DNA from: Acetofilamentum sp.
GTDB taxonomy: Bacteria; CAIWAD01
Assembly: GCA_020726405.1 (NCBI GenBank)
Contig: DYSB01000002.1
Location: 1-61,593 of the forward strand
Length of the DNA stretch: 61,593 nucleotides
Direction: 5' to 3'
Part shown: piece after piece, positions 26,148-35,130 of the stretch
Layout of the letters: every line of letters starts with the position of its first letter
How positions within the stretch are numbered: position 1 is the first letter of the stretch
The notes under the pieces: generated by a model
Told to the model about the DNA's origin: nothing
Databases searched by the model: none
What the model saw: only the letters and a program-made list of their open reading frames with translations
Made by a program: the position numbers and the translations under genes

Positions 26148-28838
26148 ATGGCCCGACTGGAACTGTCGCGCACCTGGGAACCCGGCGAGGTGGAAGCCCG
26201 CCTCTATCGAAGCTGGGAGGACTCCGGCTGCTTCCAGACCGACCCGTTCGGCGAGAAACCGGCCTTTGTCATCAACATGCCGCCCCCCAACGTGACGGGC
26301 CAGCTGCACATGGGCCACGGCCTGCAGGATTCCGTGCAGGACGCCTTCATCCGTTACAAGCGTATGCAGGGCTTCGACGCGCTCTGGCAACCGGGCAAGG
26401 ATCACGCCGGCATCGCCACCCAGAACGTGGTGGAAAAGCTGCTGGCCCAGGAAGGCACCGATCGCCACCAGCTGGGGCGCCCGGCCTTCCTCACCCGGGC
26501 CTGGGAGTGGAAGGAGAAGTACGGCGACATCATCACCGAGCAAAAGCGCAAGCTGGGCGACAGCGCCGACTGGCAGCACGAGGTCTTCACCATGGATCCC
26601 GGGCCGTCTCTGGCCGTGCGCGAGGTCTTCGTGCGCCTGTTCGAGAAGGGGCTGATCTACCAGGGCGACTACATCGTCAACTGGTGTCCGCGCTGCCACA
26701 CGGCCATTTCCGACGAGGAAGTGGATCACGAGGAGACGGCCAGCCACCTCTGGCACATGGCCTACCCGGTGCTGGACGAGGCGGGCCAGCCCACCGCGGA
26801 GCAGGTGGTGGTGGCCACCACCCGGCCGGAAACCATGCTGGGCGACGTGGCCGTGGCCGTTCATCCAGACGATGCGCGCTACCGGCACCTGGTGGGCCGC
26901 AAGCTGCGCCTGCCCCTGGTGGGCCGCGAGCTGCTGGTCATCGCCGACGAGTTCGTGGATCCGGCCTTTGGTACAGGCTGCGTCAAGGTCACGCCCGCCC
27001 ATGATCCCAACGACTTCGAGCTGGGCAAGCGCCACGGACTCACGCCGGTGAAGGTCCTGGACATCGAGGGCCGGATCAACCAGAACGGCGGGAGCTACGC
27101 CGGACTGGATCGCTACGAGGCCCGGCAGCGCATCGTCGAGGACCTGGAGGCCCAGAGTCTGATCATGAAAATCGAGGAGCACGCCAACGCGGTGGGGCAG
27201 TGCCAGCGCTGCAGCACGGTGGTGGAGCCCTACCTCTCGCGCCAGTGGTTCGTCCGCATGAAGCCCCTGGCCGACGCGGCTGTGGCCGCCGTCCAGGCTG
27301 GCGACGTGCGCTTCCATCCCAAGCGCTGGGAGAACGTCTTCTTCCACTGGATGGACGGCATCCGCGACTGGTGCATCAGCCGCCAGCTCTGGTGGGGCCA
27401 CCGGATTCCGGTCTTCACCTGCGCGGCCTGCGGCCACGTGATGGTCACCCGCGTGGATCCCACCGCCTGCGCGGCCTGCGGCTCGCCGCAACTCTCCCAG
27501 GACGAGGACGTGCTGGACACCTGGTTCTCCAGCTGGCTCTGGCCCTTCACCACCCTGGGCTGGCCGGACCTGGACAACCCGCGCTTCCGCAAGTACTACC
27601 CGACTCATCTGATGGTGACGGGCTACGACATCATCTTCTTCTGGGTGAGCCGGATGATCATGGCCGGCATCGAGTTCACCGGCCAGGCGCCCTTCCGCGA
27701 CATCTACTTCACGGGCATCGTCAAGGACACCCAGGGCCGCAAGATGTCCAAGAGCCTGGGCAACGGCATCGACCCGCTGGAGATGGTCCAGACCTTCGGC
27801 GCCGACGCCGTGCGCTACAGCATGATCGCGTTGAACACCGAAGGGCAGGACATCAAGCTTTCGGTGCAGAAATTCGAGATGGGGCGCAACTTCGCCAACA
27901 AGATCTGGCAGGCTTTCCGCTTCCTGCACATGCAGGACTGGAGCCTGCTGGACGGCGCCACCAATCTGGCCGAGCCCTGCTGCCGCGAACTGGCCGACGA
28001 GTGGATCCTCAGCCGGTTGCACAGCACGCGGCTCAAGGTCGAGGAAGCCTTCGACCGCTACCGGATCAACGAGGCCCAGGCCGCGCTCTACGAATTCATC
28101 TGGGGCGATTTCTGCGACTGGTACGTGGAGCTGGCCAAACCGCGCCTCTACAACGAGCAGGATCCCGCCGGTCGGAAAGCCGCGCTGGAGCATGGCCTGC
28201 ACGTGTTCCTATCGGCCCTGCAGCTGCTCTCGCCCTTCATGCCCTTCATCGCCGAGGAGATCTGGCGGATCATCCGCGTCGAACTGGAAGGCTTCGGCCT
28301 GACGCCACCCTTCGGCGAGCACTTGATGTTGCACCGCCTGCCCGCGCCGCGGCCGGAGTGGATCCAGCCGGAGGTGGAGGCGGAGTTCGCCCTGGTGCAG
28401 GGCCTCACCACGGCCTTGCGCAACATCCGCGCCGAGCAGAACCTCAAACCTCGCACGGCCATCAGCGCCGTCCTGAACGGGGAGTCGGCGCGCTTGGAGG
28501 GCCTCAAGCCCGTGCTGCATTACATCCAGGACCTGGCCCAGGCCAGCGAGATCCTGCTGGGCGGCGAGCGTCCGCGCCCGGCGGCGGCCAACGTGGTGGA
28601 CGGCATCGACGTCTGGGTGCCGCTGGCCGACCTGATTGATCTGGACGTGGAGCGCGCACGGCTGCAGAAGGAACGGCAGCGGCTGGAGGGCGCGGTCAAA
28701 AGCCTGGACGGCAAACTGGGCAACGCGGAGTTTATCGCCCGGGCCCCGGCGGAGGTGGTGGACAAAGAACGCGCCAAGCTCGATGGCGCGCGCCAGGACC
28801 TGGCCAAGCTGCAGCAGAATCTGGCGGAACTGGGCTGA
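26148..28838 (+). CDS. valS: Valine--tRNA ligase
   Basis: AAGGAG upstream of ATG 26148. HIGH-type PPPNVTGQLHMGH, KMSKS and a C-terminal coiled coil. Confidence 0.95.
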   Translation: MARLELSRTWEPGEVEARLYRSWEDSGCFQTDPFGEKPAFVINMPPPNVTGQLHMGHGLQDSVQDAFIRYKRMQGFDALWQPGKDHAGIATQNVVEKLLAQEGTDRHQLGRPAFLTRAWEWKEKYGDIITEQKRKLGDSADWQHEVFTMDPGPSLAVREVFVRLFEKGLIYQGDYIVNWCPRCHTAISDEEVDHEETASHLWHMAYPVLDEAGQPTAEQVVVATTRPETMLGDVAVAVHPDDARYRHLVGRKLRLPLVGRELLVIADEFVDPAFGTGCVKVTPAHDPNDFELGKRHGLTPVKVLDIEGRINQNGGSYAGLDRYEARQRIVEDLEAQSLIMKIEEHANAVGQCQRCSTVVEPYLSRQWFVRMKPLADAAVAAVQAGDVRFHPKRWENVFFHWMDGIRDWCISRQLWWGHRIPVFTCAACGHVMVTRVDPTACAACGSPQLSQDEDVLDTWFSSWLWPFTTLGWPDLDNPRFRKYYPTHLMVTGYDIIFFWVSRMIMAGIEFTGQAPFRDIYFTGIVKDTQGRKMSKSLGNGIDPLEMVQTFGADAVRYSMIALNTEGQDIKLSVQKFEMGRNFANKIWQAFRFLHMQDWSLLDGATNLAEPCCRELADEWILSRLHSTRLKVEEAFDRYRINEAQAALYEFIWGDFCDWYVELAKPRLYNEQDPAGRKAALEHGLHVFLSALQLLSPFMPFIAEEIWRIIRVELEGFGLTPPFGEHLMLHRLPAPRPEWIQPEVEAEFALVQGLTTALRNIRAEQNLKPRTAISAVLNGESARLEGLKPVLHYIQDLAQASEILLGGERPRPAAANVVDGIDVWVPLADLIDLDVERARLQKERQRLEGAVKSLDGKLGNAEFIARAPAEVVDKERAKLDGARQDLAKLQQNLAELG

Positions 28839-28862
28839 GCCAAACCCCGACGACCCCGCTAG

Positions 28863-28898
28863 CGGCGGAGACTCCCGGAGTTTCCTCCGCTTTTTTTT
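28863..28898 (+). terminator. Intrinsic terminator after valS
   Basis: GC hairpin GCGGAG...CTCCGC followed by T8. Confidence 0.8.
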
Positions 28899-28906
28899 GT
28901 GGGGCT

Positions 28907-30409
28907 CTATTGACCTGCGGTGGCTTCCGCGCCTTCCCAGGCCGCGGACTTCAGGGATCCCAGGCTGTCTCGGGTGAGGGGATCGCGCGTGTAATCCCAG
29001 AACTCGTCGCGCAGGTAGCGCTGCATTTCGCGGGTTTCCCGCGGGGCGTATCCGTCCGGCCGGAAGAGGTAGAGGTAGGGCTCGGCCTCGTCGTTGGCCA
29101 GGATGGAATGGCAGAGCGTGCACTCGTCCGGGATGCTCCGCCCCTGTTCATCCACCAGGTCCTGGTTGTGGCAGCGGAAGCAGCCACCGCTCTTGGCGTC
29201 GTGGCCCAGGTGGTTGGGATAGCTGCCCCAGGTCACTTTCATCTGGTGGTGGATGTTGCGGCGGTAGATCTCCTGCACCGTCTGCACCGCCTGTTTGATC
29301 TCCGCGCCGCGGGCCGCGGCCAACTCGGCGTGCTGCTGCTGATAGAACCCTTTCAGCTGGGTCTCGATGCCAGCCATGGCGGCCGCTTCGTCGGCGTAAG
29401 TGCCGGTCAGGGCCGCCAGGGCCTGGCGCTTGACGAAGGGCAGCGCCCGGCTGATCAGCCCCTGGTGGATGCGCAGGTCCACGGCCCTGGCGGGCTCCTC
29501 GAAGACGTGCGTGGCCCGGTTGTGGCAATCCACGCAGTCCATCACCCGGGCGAACTCGTTCGAGCCGTGCTCGTTCGAGCCGTGCGCCGGTGCCGTCTCC
29601 GTCGCCAGCGTCCGGTTGCGGTAGCGAAGGAAGCTGCCGTCGGGCTGCTTCATATCCACCCAGGTGATCACCTCGCCCTGGCCCTCCACGGACGCGTAGC
29701 GCACCTCGTTGCTCGCGGACACGTGCCAATGGCTGCCCTGGGCGCTGCCGGCCTGGCCGGAGCCGATCTTCATCATCAGCGTGGTGTAGCGCGGGGTGGA
29801 GGCCGCGTCCTCCAGATAGCGCACGATGTCGTTGATCCGGTCGCCGTGGAACAGCTGCGGCCAGTGGCACTTCTCGCACGTGTAGCGGGCCGGGCGCAGG
29901 TTGTGGACGGGCGTGGGAATGGGGCGCTCGTAAAGGTTGAAGGCGACGGAGATCAGCTGCCAGGCGCCGTTGAGCTTGGCGTCCACCAGCGCGCCCACAC
30001 CCTCGCCGATGTGGCAATGCACGCACTGCACACGGGCGTGGGGCGAGCCCTGGTAGACGGCCCATTCCGGTCCCATCACCGAGTGGCAGGCCGTGCCGCA
30101 GAAGGCGGACTGGTCCATGTAGTGCATGGCCCGCACGCCCACCAGGCTGATGAAGACCACGTTGCCCACCGAGAGTAGCACCAACGTCCGCACCGCCAGC
30201 GCGCCCAGCGTGCGGCGCTCGGTCAGGCTCTGCCCGAAAATCTCGCCCAGCATGACGCGGATGGACAGCCCGCGCCGGCGGGACTCCAGCCACCAGCTCA
30301 GCGGGATCAACAACAGGCCGGCCATGAACCGCGCGGGAATGCCCAGATAGGTGAACAGGCCGACGTAGGCGTTGCGCACCACGCCGGCCAGCATGGCGAT
30401 CTCGAACAT
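28907..30409 (-). CDS. Membrane-anchored multiheme c-type cytochrome (six CxxCH; NapC/NirT or cytochrome c3-like family)
   Basis: Heme motifs CGTACH, CVHCH, CEKCH, CVDCH, CFRCH and CTLCH. Two N-terminal hydrophobic helices. The first ~120 codons of ORF 28907..30775 are Q/R-rich junk antisense to the MFS remnant, so the start is placed at MFEIAML (30409). No clear SD. Confidence 0.75.
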   Translation of the reverse strand: MFEIAMLAGVVRNAYVGLFTYLGIPARFMAGLLLIPLSWWLESRRRGLSIRVMLGEIFGQSLTERRTLGALAVRTLVLLSVGNVVFISLVGVRAMHYMDQSAFCGTACHSVMGPEWAVYQGSPHARVQCVHCHIGEGVGALVDAKLNGAWQLISVAFNLYERPIPTPVHNLRPARYTCEKCHWPQLFHGDRINDIVRYLEDAASTPRYTTLMMKIGSGQAGSAQGSHWHVSASNEVRYASVEGQGEVITWVDMKQPDGSFLRYRNRTLATETAPAHGSNEHGSNEFARVMDCVDCHNRATHVFEEPARAVDLRIHQGLISRALPFVKRQALAALTGTYADEAAAMAGIETQLKGFYQQQHAELAAARGAEIKQAVQTVQEIYRRNIHHQMKVTWGSYPNHLGHDAKSGGCFRCHNQDLVDEQGRSIPDECTLCHSILANDEAEPYLYLFRPDGYAPRETREMQRYLRDEFWDYTRDPLTRDSLGSLKSAAWEGAEATAGQ

Positions 30410-30511
30410 CAGGAAGGAGACGAAGGCCGAGGGCGTGTCGCCGGATCGTGGGTCAGGGTTCTTCCGCCCGCCGTCAGGTGACAGTCTGCACAGCTGCGCG
30501 TCTCCTTCGCG

Positions 30512-31039
30512 TTGATCTGGTGGCTGACACGGACCACCGGCTCGGCCAGTGTGCTGGCCGGAGCCAGCTTGGCCGGGCTGTTGCCGCAGGTCCTGCTGGG
30601 ACCGTGGATCGGCGTCTGGGTGGATCGCTGGAATCGTCGACGCACCCTGCTGCTGGCGGATCTGGTTGTGGCACTGGCGACGCTGGCGCTGTTGCTGCTG
30701 TTTCGCGCCGGGCTGGCCACACCCACGGCGGTGTTCGGCGTGCTGGTGCTGCGCTCCGTGGCGGGTGGATTCCACGGCACGGCCATGAGCGCGGCCACCA
30801 GCCTGATGGTCCCCGAGCGATTACTCACCCGGATCCAGGGCCTGAACCAAATGCTGCAAGGCGGCTCGGCCATCGTGGCCGCGCCGCTGGGACTGGCCCT
30901 GGCCGGCCCGGCCGCGGATCTCGTCGGACTGCGCCCGATTTTTCTGACCGGCGGACTGGTCTGCGCGCTGTGTGGCCTGGCCGGTTTGTTCAGCCCTGCG
31001 CTGCGCCAAGTGGAAGACACCCTTCCTGCCGCTGTCTGA
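30512..31039 (+). pseudogene. MFS transporter fragment (EntS/MFS_3-like, roughly TM2-TM6 only)
   Basis: It reads ALIWWLTRTTGSA...GVWVDRWNRRRTLL...RSVAGGFHGTAMSA. An in-frame stop lies 30 nt upstream of the TTG start, about 30 N-terminal residues are missing, and the whole C-terminal six-helix half is absent. Confidence 0.65.
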
Positions 31040-31137
31040 AGCGGTTTTTGCTTTCACACAGATCCCCCGCCCCGCTGGCGTGGCTACATTGCCGCACACA
31101 CGGCGACATCACACATCTGCATTTAAGGGAGACCCAC

Positions 31138-32661
31138 ATGCGCAAGCTCGTGGTCTGCTGCGACGGCACCTGGGACACACCCGATCAGGACGAGGGCGGA
31201 GTGCCGGTGCCCACCAACGTGGTGCGGCTCTCCAACGCACTGGCCCGCCAAGACGAGGAGGGCAACGCGCAACTGCTCTACTACCACCCCGGCGTGGGCA
31301 CCGAGGGCTCCTGGTGGGAGAAAACCAAGGGCGGCAGTGTGGGGCAGGGCCTGGACCAAAACATCATCAGCGCCTGGCGCTGGCTCTGCCGCACGTGGCA
31401 ACCCGAGGACCATCTGCACCTGTTCGGCTTCAGTCGGGGCGCCTTCACCGTGCGCAGCCTGGCCACGGTGCTGACCACCTGCGGACTGCCCAAACTGCGC
31501 GAGCTGCCCGACGAGGCCCAGTGGAAGCTGCTGGAGTCAGCCTTCCAGCTCGGCTACCGGGAGCGCAAACCCGTCGCAGCCTGGGCCGGCACGACGGTGT
31601 TTCTGCTGGCGCCGGCGGATGTGCGCATCCACTTCCTCGGTGTCTGGGACACCGTCGGGGCGCTGGGCATCCCGGACAACCTGGCCATCCTCAACCTGCT
31701 GGACAACCACAAGCGCCATGCCTTCCACGACACCAACCTGAGTGACAAGGTTCTGCAGGCGCGCCACGCGATGGCCCTGGACGAGGAGCGGGCCTCGTTC
31801 TCCCCCACGCTGTGGGTGGCCCCCGGCCGCGAGGCGGAGGTCAAGCAGGTCTGGTTTCCCGGCGTGCATTGCGACGTGGGCGGTGGTTACCTGCAGACCG
31901 GCCTGTCCGACGGCGCACTGGCCTGGATGATCGAGGAGGCGCGGGCCCAGGGCCTGGCCTTCCGGTCGGACATGCTGCGCCAGATCCACCCCAACCATCA
32001 GGACGTGCTGCACGATTCCGGCGGCGGTCTGTTCAAGCTGCTGCGCACCCAGCCGCGCAGCATTCCCCGGCTGGACGCCTCGGGAAGTGTGGAGCTGCAC
32101 GAGTCGGCCCAACGGCGTCTGCTGGAGCCGCCCATTTCCCAGGCGCCCAATAGACAGGCCGCGGCCTTGGCGGTCGGCGAGAATCACCGCCAGGAGGTCT
32201 ATGCCCGTGAGCGCTGGAACGAGACCGGCCTCTGGCTGGAGGCCGGCGTGGCCCACGATTTTCGCGCCACGGGCGAGTGGACCGACCGCAAGGTGGCTTG
32301 TGGCCCCAAGGGCACCAAGGACGGCAAATTCGACAAGGGCGAATTGCTGCACGCGGCGGCCGGGCTCTGGGGCCGCTTCGAGCAACTGGTGAAGAAGGCG
32401 GCCAAGAACGAAGAGGCGGATTTCTGGGGCACGCGCCGTGCGGAAAATCTACCCTGGATGGCCCTGGTGGGCGTGGTGGCCAATGGCGGCAACCCCACCA
32501 GCGACGGCACGCCCGCCCCGCACGAGAGCTTCCTGATCGGCGAAAGCGTGCGCCATGTGCCCAAACAGTCGGGCTATCTGTTCTGCTTCGCCAACGATGC
32601 CTGGAATTTCTACCAGAACAACCGGGGCAGTGTCAGGCTGACGGTCACGCGCGGCGCCTGA
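31138..32661 (+). CDS. DUF2235 (Tle1-like) alpha/beta hydrolase fused to a PA-IL/LecA-like beta-sandwich C-terminal domain
   Basis: AAGGGAGA upstream of ATG 31138. [22 protein letters not shown] and the nucleophile elbow [13 protein letters not shown]. The C-terminus GLWLEAGV...ATGEW...[24 protein letters not shown] has a PA-IL-like pattern. Confidence 0.75.
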   Translation: MRKLVVCCDGTWDTPDQDEGGVPVPTNVVRLSNALARQDEEGNAQLLYYHPGVGTEGSWWEKTKGGSVGQGLDQNIISAWRWLCRTWQPEDHLHLFGFSRGAFTVRSLATVLTTCGLPKLRELPDEAQWKLLESAFQLGYRERKPVAAWAGTTVFLLAPADVRIHFLGVWDTVGALGIPDNLAILNLLDNHKRHAFHDTNLSDKVLQARHAMALDEERASFSPTLWVAPGREAEVKQVWFPGVHCDVGGGYLQTGLSDGALAWMIEEARAQGLAFRSDMLRQIHPNHQDVLHDSGGGLFKLLRTQPRSIPRLDASGSVELHESAQRRLLEPPISQAPNRQAAALAVGENHRQEVYARERWNETGLWLEAGVAHDFRATGEWTDRKVACGPKGTKDGKFDKGELLHAAAGLWGRFEQLVKKAAKNEEADFWGTRRAENLPWMALVGVVANGGNPTSDGTPAPHESFLIGESVRHVPKQSGYLFCFANDAWNFYQNNRGSVRLTVTRGA

Positions 32662-32764
32662 GGACCGGAATGCCCCGCCTGGGGCGCGGCTCCGGCCCCG
32701 CTTTTCCTACTTTGCGCCGCGACACGGGCACACCGCCGTTTTTCGTGCCGCGCTGGAGGTGAAG

Positions 32765-33268
32765 ATGAGTTCACGGCCCCGTCCGTCCTTGCTGTGCGTC
32801 CTGCTGGTCCTGCTGCTGGTCCTGCTGCTGGCGGCCTGCCATCCACAGACCAGCCGGGGCTCCAACCCGGGAGATCCGGTCATGACCCAGAATCCGACCC
32901 AGGCGGAACTCAAGGCCCGCCTGACGCCCGAGCAGTACCGGGTGACCCAGGAGCGCGGCACGGAGGCGCCCTACACGGGCCAGTACTGGAACCACCACGA
33001 GGACGGCCGCTACACGTGCGTGGTCTGCGGGGCCCTGCTGTTCACGTCAGCGAGCAAGTTCGACAGCGGCTGCGGCTGGCCCAGCTTCTTCACGGCGGAG
33101 AACGAGCAGGTCCACACCCAGCCGGACACCAGCCACGGCATGCAGCGCACCGAGATCGTCTGCGCCTCCTGCGGCGCGCACCTGGGACACGTGTTCGACG
33201 ATGGACCCCAGCCCACGGGTCTGCGCTACTGCGTCAATTCCGCCTCGCTGGACTTCGAGAAGAAGTGA
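32765..33268 (+). CDS. msrB: Peptide-methionine (R)-S-oxide reductase with a lipoprotein signal peptide
   Basis: GGAGG lies 5 nt upstream of ATG 32765. Lipobox LLLAAC. MsrB motifs [28 protein letters not shown] and RYCVNS. Confidence 0.9.
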   Translation: MSSRPRPSLLCVLLVLLLVLLLAACHPQTSRGSNPGDPVMTQNPTQAELKARLTPEQYRVTQERGTEAPYTGQYWNHHEDGRYTCVVCGALLFTSASKFDSGCGWPSFFTAENEQVHTQPDTSHGMQRTEIVCASCGAHLGHVFDDGPQPTGLRYCVNSASLDFEKK

Positions 33269-33303
33269 CCCACTGCGCCGGCGCCGCCGGCAAGGAGCCC
33301 ATC

Positions 33304-34638
33304 ATGAAACGATCCCTGTGCGGGTTGGCCCTCCTGCTGGCCGCCACCCTCCAGCCAATTCTGGCCGGCAGTTCCATCACCATTTACAGCGACGGCTTCG
33401 GCCTGATCAGTGAGGAGCGCGAGCTGCAACTGAAGAAAGGGCGCCAGGACTGGATCTTCGACGGCGTCAGCCGCCAGATCGAGCCCGCCAGCGTGCTCTT
33501 CCACTGCGACGGCGTTCGTCTACTGGAGCAGAACTTCGAGTACGACTTGGTGGACGAGGAGACCCTGCTGCGCCGCTACCTGGGCATGGAGATCGACGTG
33601 CAGCTCAAGGAGGGCGAATGGCTGCGCGGCACGCTGCTCTCCGGCGGACTGGGGCTGATCCTGCAGACCGAGCAGGGCGTGACCAGCCTGCGGCCCGACG
33701 CGTTGGTGGCCGTGCGCTATCCCAAGCTGCCCGACGGTCTGCGGTTGAAACCCGCCCTGCGCTGGGAACTGGAGGCCCAGGCCGCCGGCGCGCGCAAGGC
33801 CACCATCAGCTACCTGAGCGGCGGCCTCAACTGGAACGCCGAGTACGTCTGCCTGCTGGACGAGGACGACAATTCCATGGAGATGACCTCCTGGGTCAAT
33901 CTCAGCAACCAGACCGGCCTGACCTGGGAGGACGCCGGCCTGCAGCTGGTGGCCGGTTCCGTGCACCGGGTCCAGGCGCCGCAGAACTACCTGGCCAAAG
34001 CGCCGCGCATGGCCATGGCCATGGAGGCGGACGCGGCGGGCGGCTTCCAGGAGGAGAGCTTCTTCGAGTATCACATCTACACGCTGGAGCGCCCGGCCAC
34101 CATCAAGGACCGCCAGGACAAGCAGGTGGCGCTCTTCGATCCCAAACGTGTCACGCTGGCCAAGCGATATCTGGCGGACGGCAACCGCGGCCAGGACGTG
34201 CAGGTGGAGCTGGAATTCGTCAACAGCAAGGAGAAGGGGCCAGGCCTGCCCCTGCCCGAAGGCACCGTGCGCCTCTACAAGCTGGACAGCCGGGGCCGCA
34301 AGCAGATGGTGGGCGAGGACCGCATCCGGCACACGCCGGTGGATGAAAACGTGAAGTTGACCGCCGGCAAAGCGTTCGACCTGGTGGCGGAGCGCAAGGT
34401 GCTGGACGAGAAGCACAGCGGGCGGAGCGTGGAGCGGGAAGTGGAGCTGACGCTGAAGAACCGCAAGGCCAAGGAGTCTGTGACCATCACGGTGCGCGAG
34501 CCCATGTGGGGCGACTGGACCATCCTGCAGAGCGATTTCAAGGGCGAAAAGACGGACGCAAACACCTACGAACTGCTGGTGCCGCTCAAGGCCGGCGAGA
34601 CACGTACCGTGCGCTACCGGGTCCGGCACAATTCCTGA
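33304..34638 (+). CDS. DUF4139 (MuiA-like) domain protein, secreted
   Basis: AAGGAG upstream of ATG 33304 and a signal peptide. Family-typical ISYLSGGLNWNAEY...MTSWVNLSNQTGLTWEDAGLQLVAGSV. Confidence 0.7.
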   Translation: MKRSLCGLALLLAATLQPILAGSSITIYSDGFGLISEERELQLKKGRQDWIFDGVSRQIEPASVLFHCDGVRLLEQNFEYDLVDEETLLRRYLGMEIDVQLKEGEWLRGTLLSGGLGLILQTEQGVTSLRPDALVAVRYPKLPDGLRLKPALRWELEAQAAGARKATISYLSGGLNWNAEYVCLLDEDDNSMEMTSWVNLSNQTGLTWEDAGLQLVAGSVHRVQAPQNYLAKAPRMAMAMEADAAGGFQEESFFEYHIYTLERPATIKDRQDKQVALFDPKRVTLAKRYLADGNRGQDVQVELEFVNSKEKGPGLPLPEGTVRLYKLDSRGRKQMVGEDRIRHTPVDENVKLTAGKAFDLVAERKVLDEKHSGRSVEREVELTLKNRKAKESVTITVREPMWGDWTILQSDFKGEKTDANTYELLVPLKAGETRTVRYRVRHNS

Positions 34639-34734
34639 GCCGCGCGCTGCCAAGCACGCACGCTTCATTGGCGGATATGGATGCTATGAGCTGTGAGAGA
34701 GAGGGCGAACTCGACGAATCCCGGCCGAACCGGT

Positions 34735-34893
34735 TCAGGCGGCCTGACGCTGCGCATCCGGCGCGGTCTGGGCCTTGCGCATGTAGCGCTCGCGGTTGGC
34801 CAGCACGTGCCGGAGCAGGTCGTCGGCGTTGGCCCGGATTTCGGCCACGCGGGCCTCACCCAGAACTTGAATGGCATCTTGCATCGCAGGCAT
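34735..34893 (-). CDS. Candidate 52-aa helical small protein (hypothetical)
   Basis: AAGGGGG lies 4 nt upstream of ATG 34893. Sequence MPAMQDAIQVLGEARVAEIRANADDLLRHVLANRERYMRKAQTAPDAQRQAA. The neighbouring frames are ambiguous. Confidence 0.3.
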   Translation of the reverse strand: MPAMQDAIQVLGEARVAEIRANADDLLRHVLANRERYMRKAQTAPDAQRQAA

Positions 34894-35130
34894 GCGTCCC
34901 CCTTCGAGGTCCGAATCGTAGTCGTTGCAGCTGGTTGGTCCACCGGATTTTGCTGAAAGCGGCCCGAGAATATCATCCCGGCGCGTGCCACGCAAGCTCT
35001 TTCTTCAACCGACATGTTTTTCTCAAAGCTGACGTAGCTTTGCAGAATTGAATATTCACTTTCTAAGTCCGCTCCAGCAGTGGAGTTAGAGCCTATTCGC
35101 GAATTTGCATAGAGCGCGAGTTCTGAACTC

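Noticed and set aside
31138-32661. DUF2235 protein as a T6SS effector locus.
   Set aside because: No VgrG, Hcp, PAAR or immunity-like neighbours occur in the window, so the effector role cannot be supported here.
32798-32830. Tandem GTCCTGCTG(CTG) repeat inside msrB.
   Set aside because: It simply encodes the Leu/Val-rich core of the signal peptide ([11 protein letters not shown]). It is slippage-prone but otherwise unremarkable.
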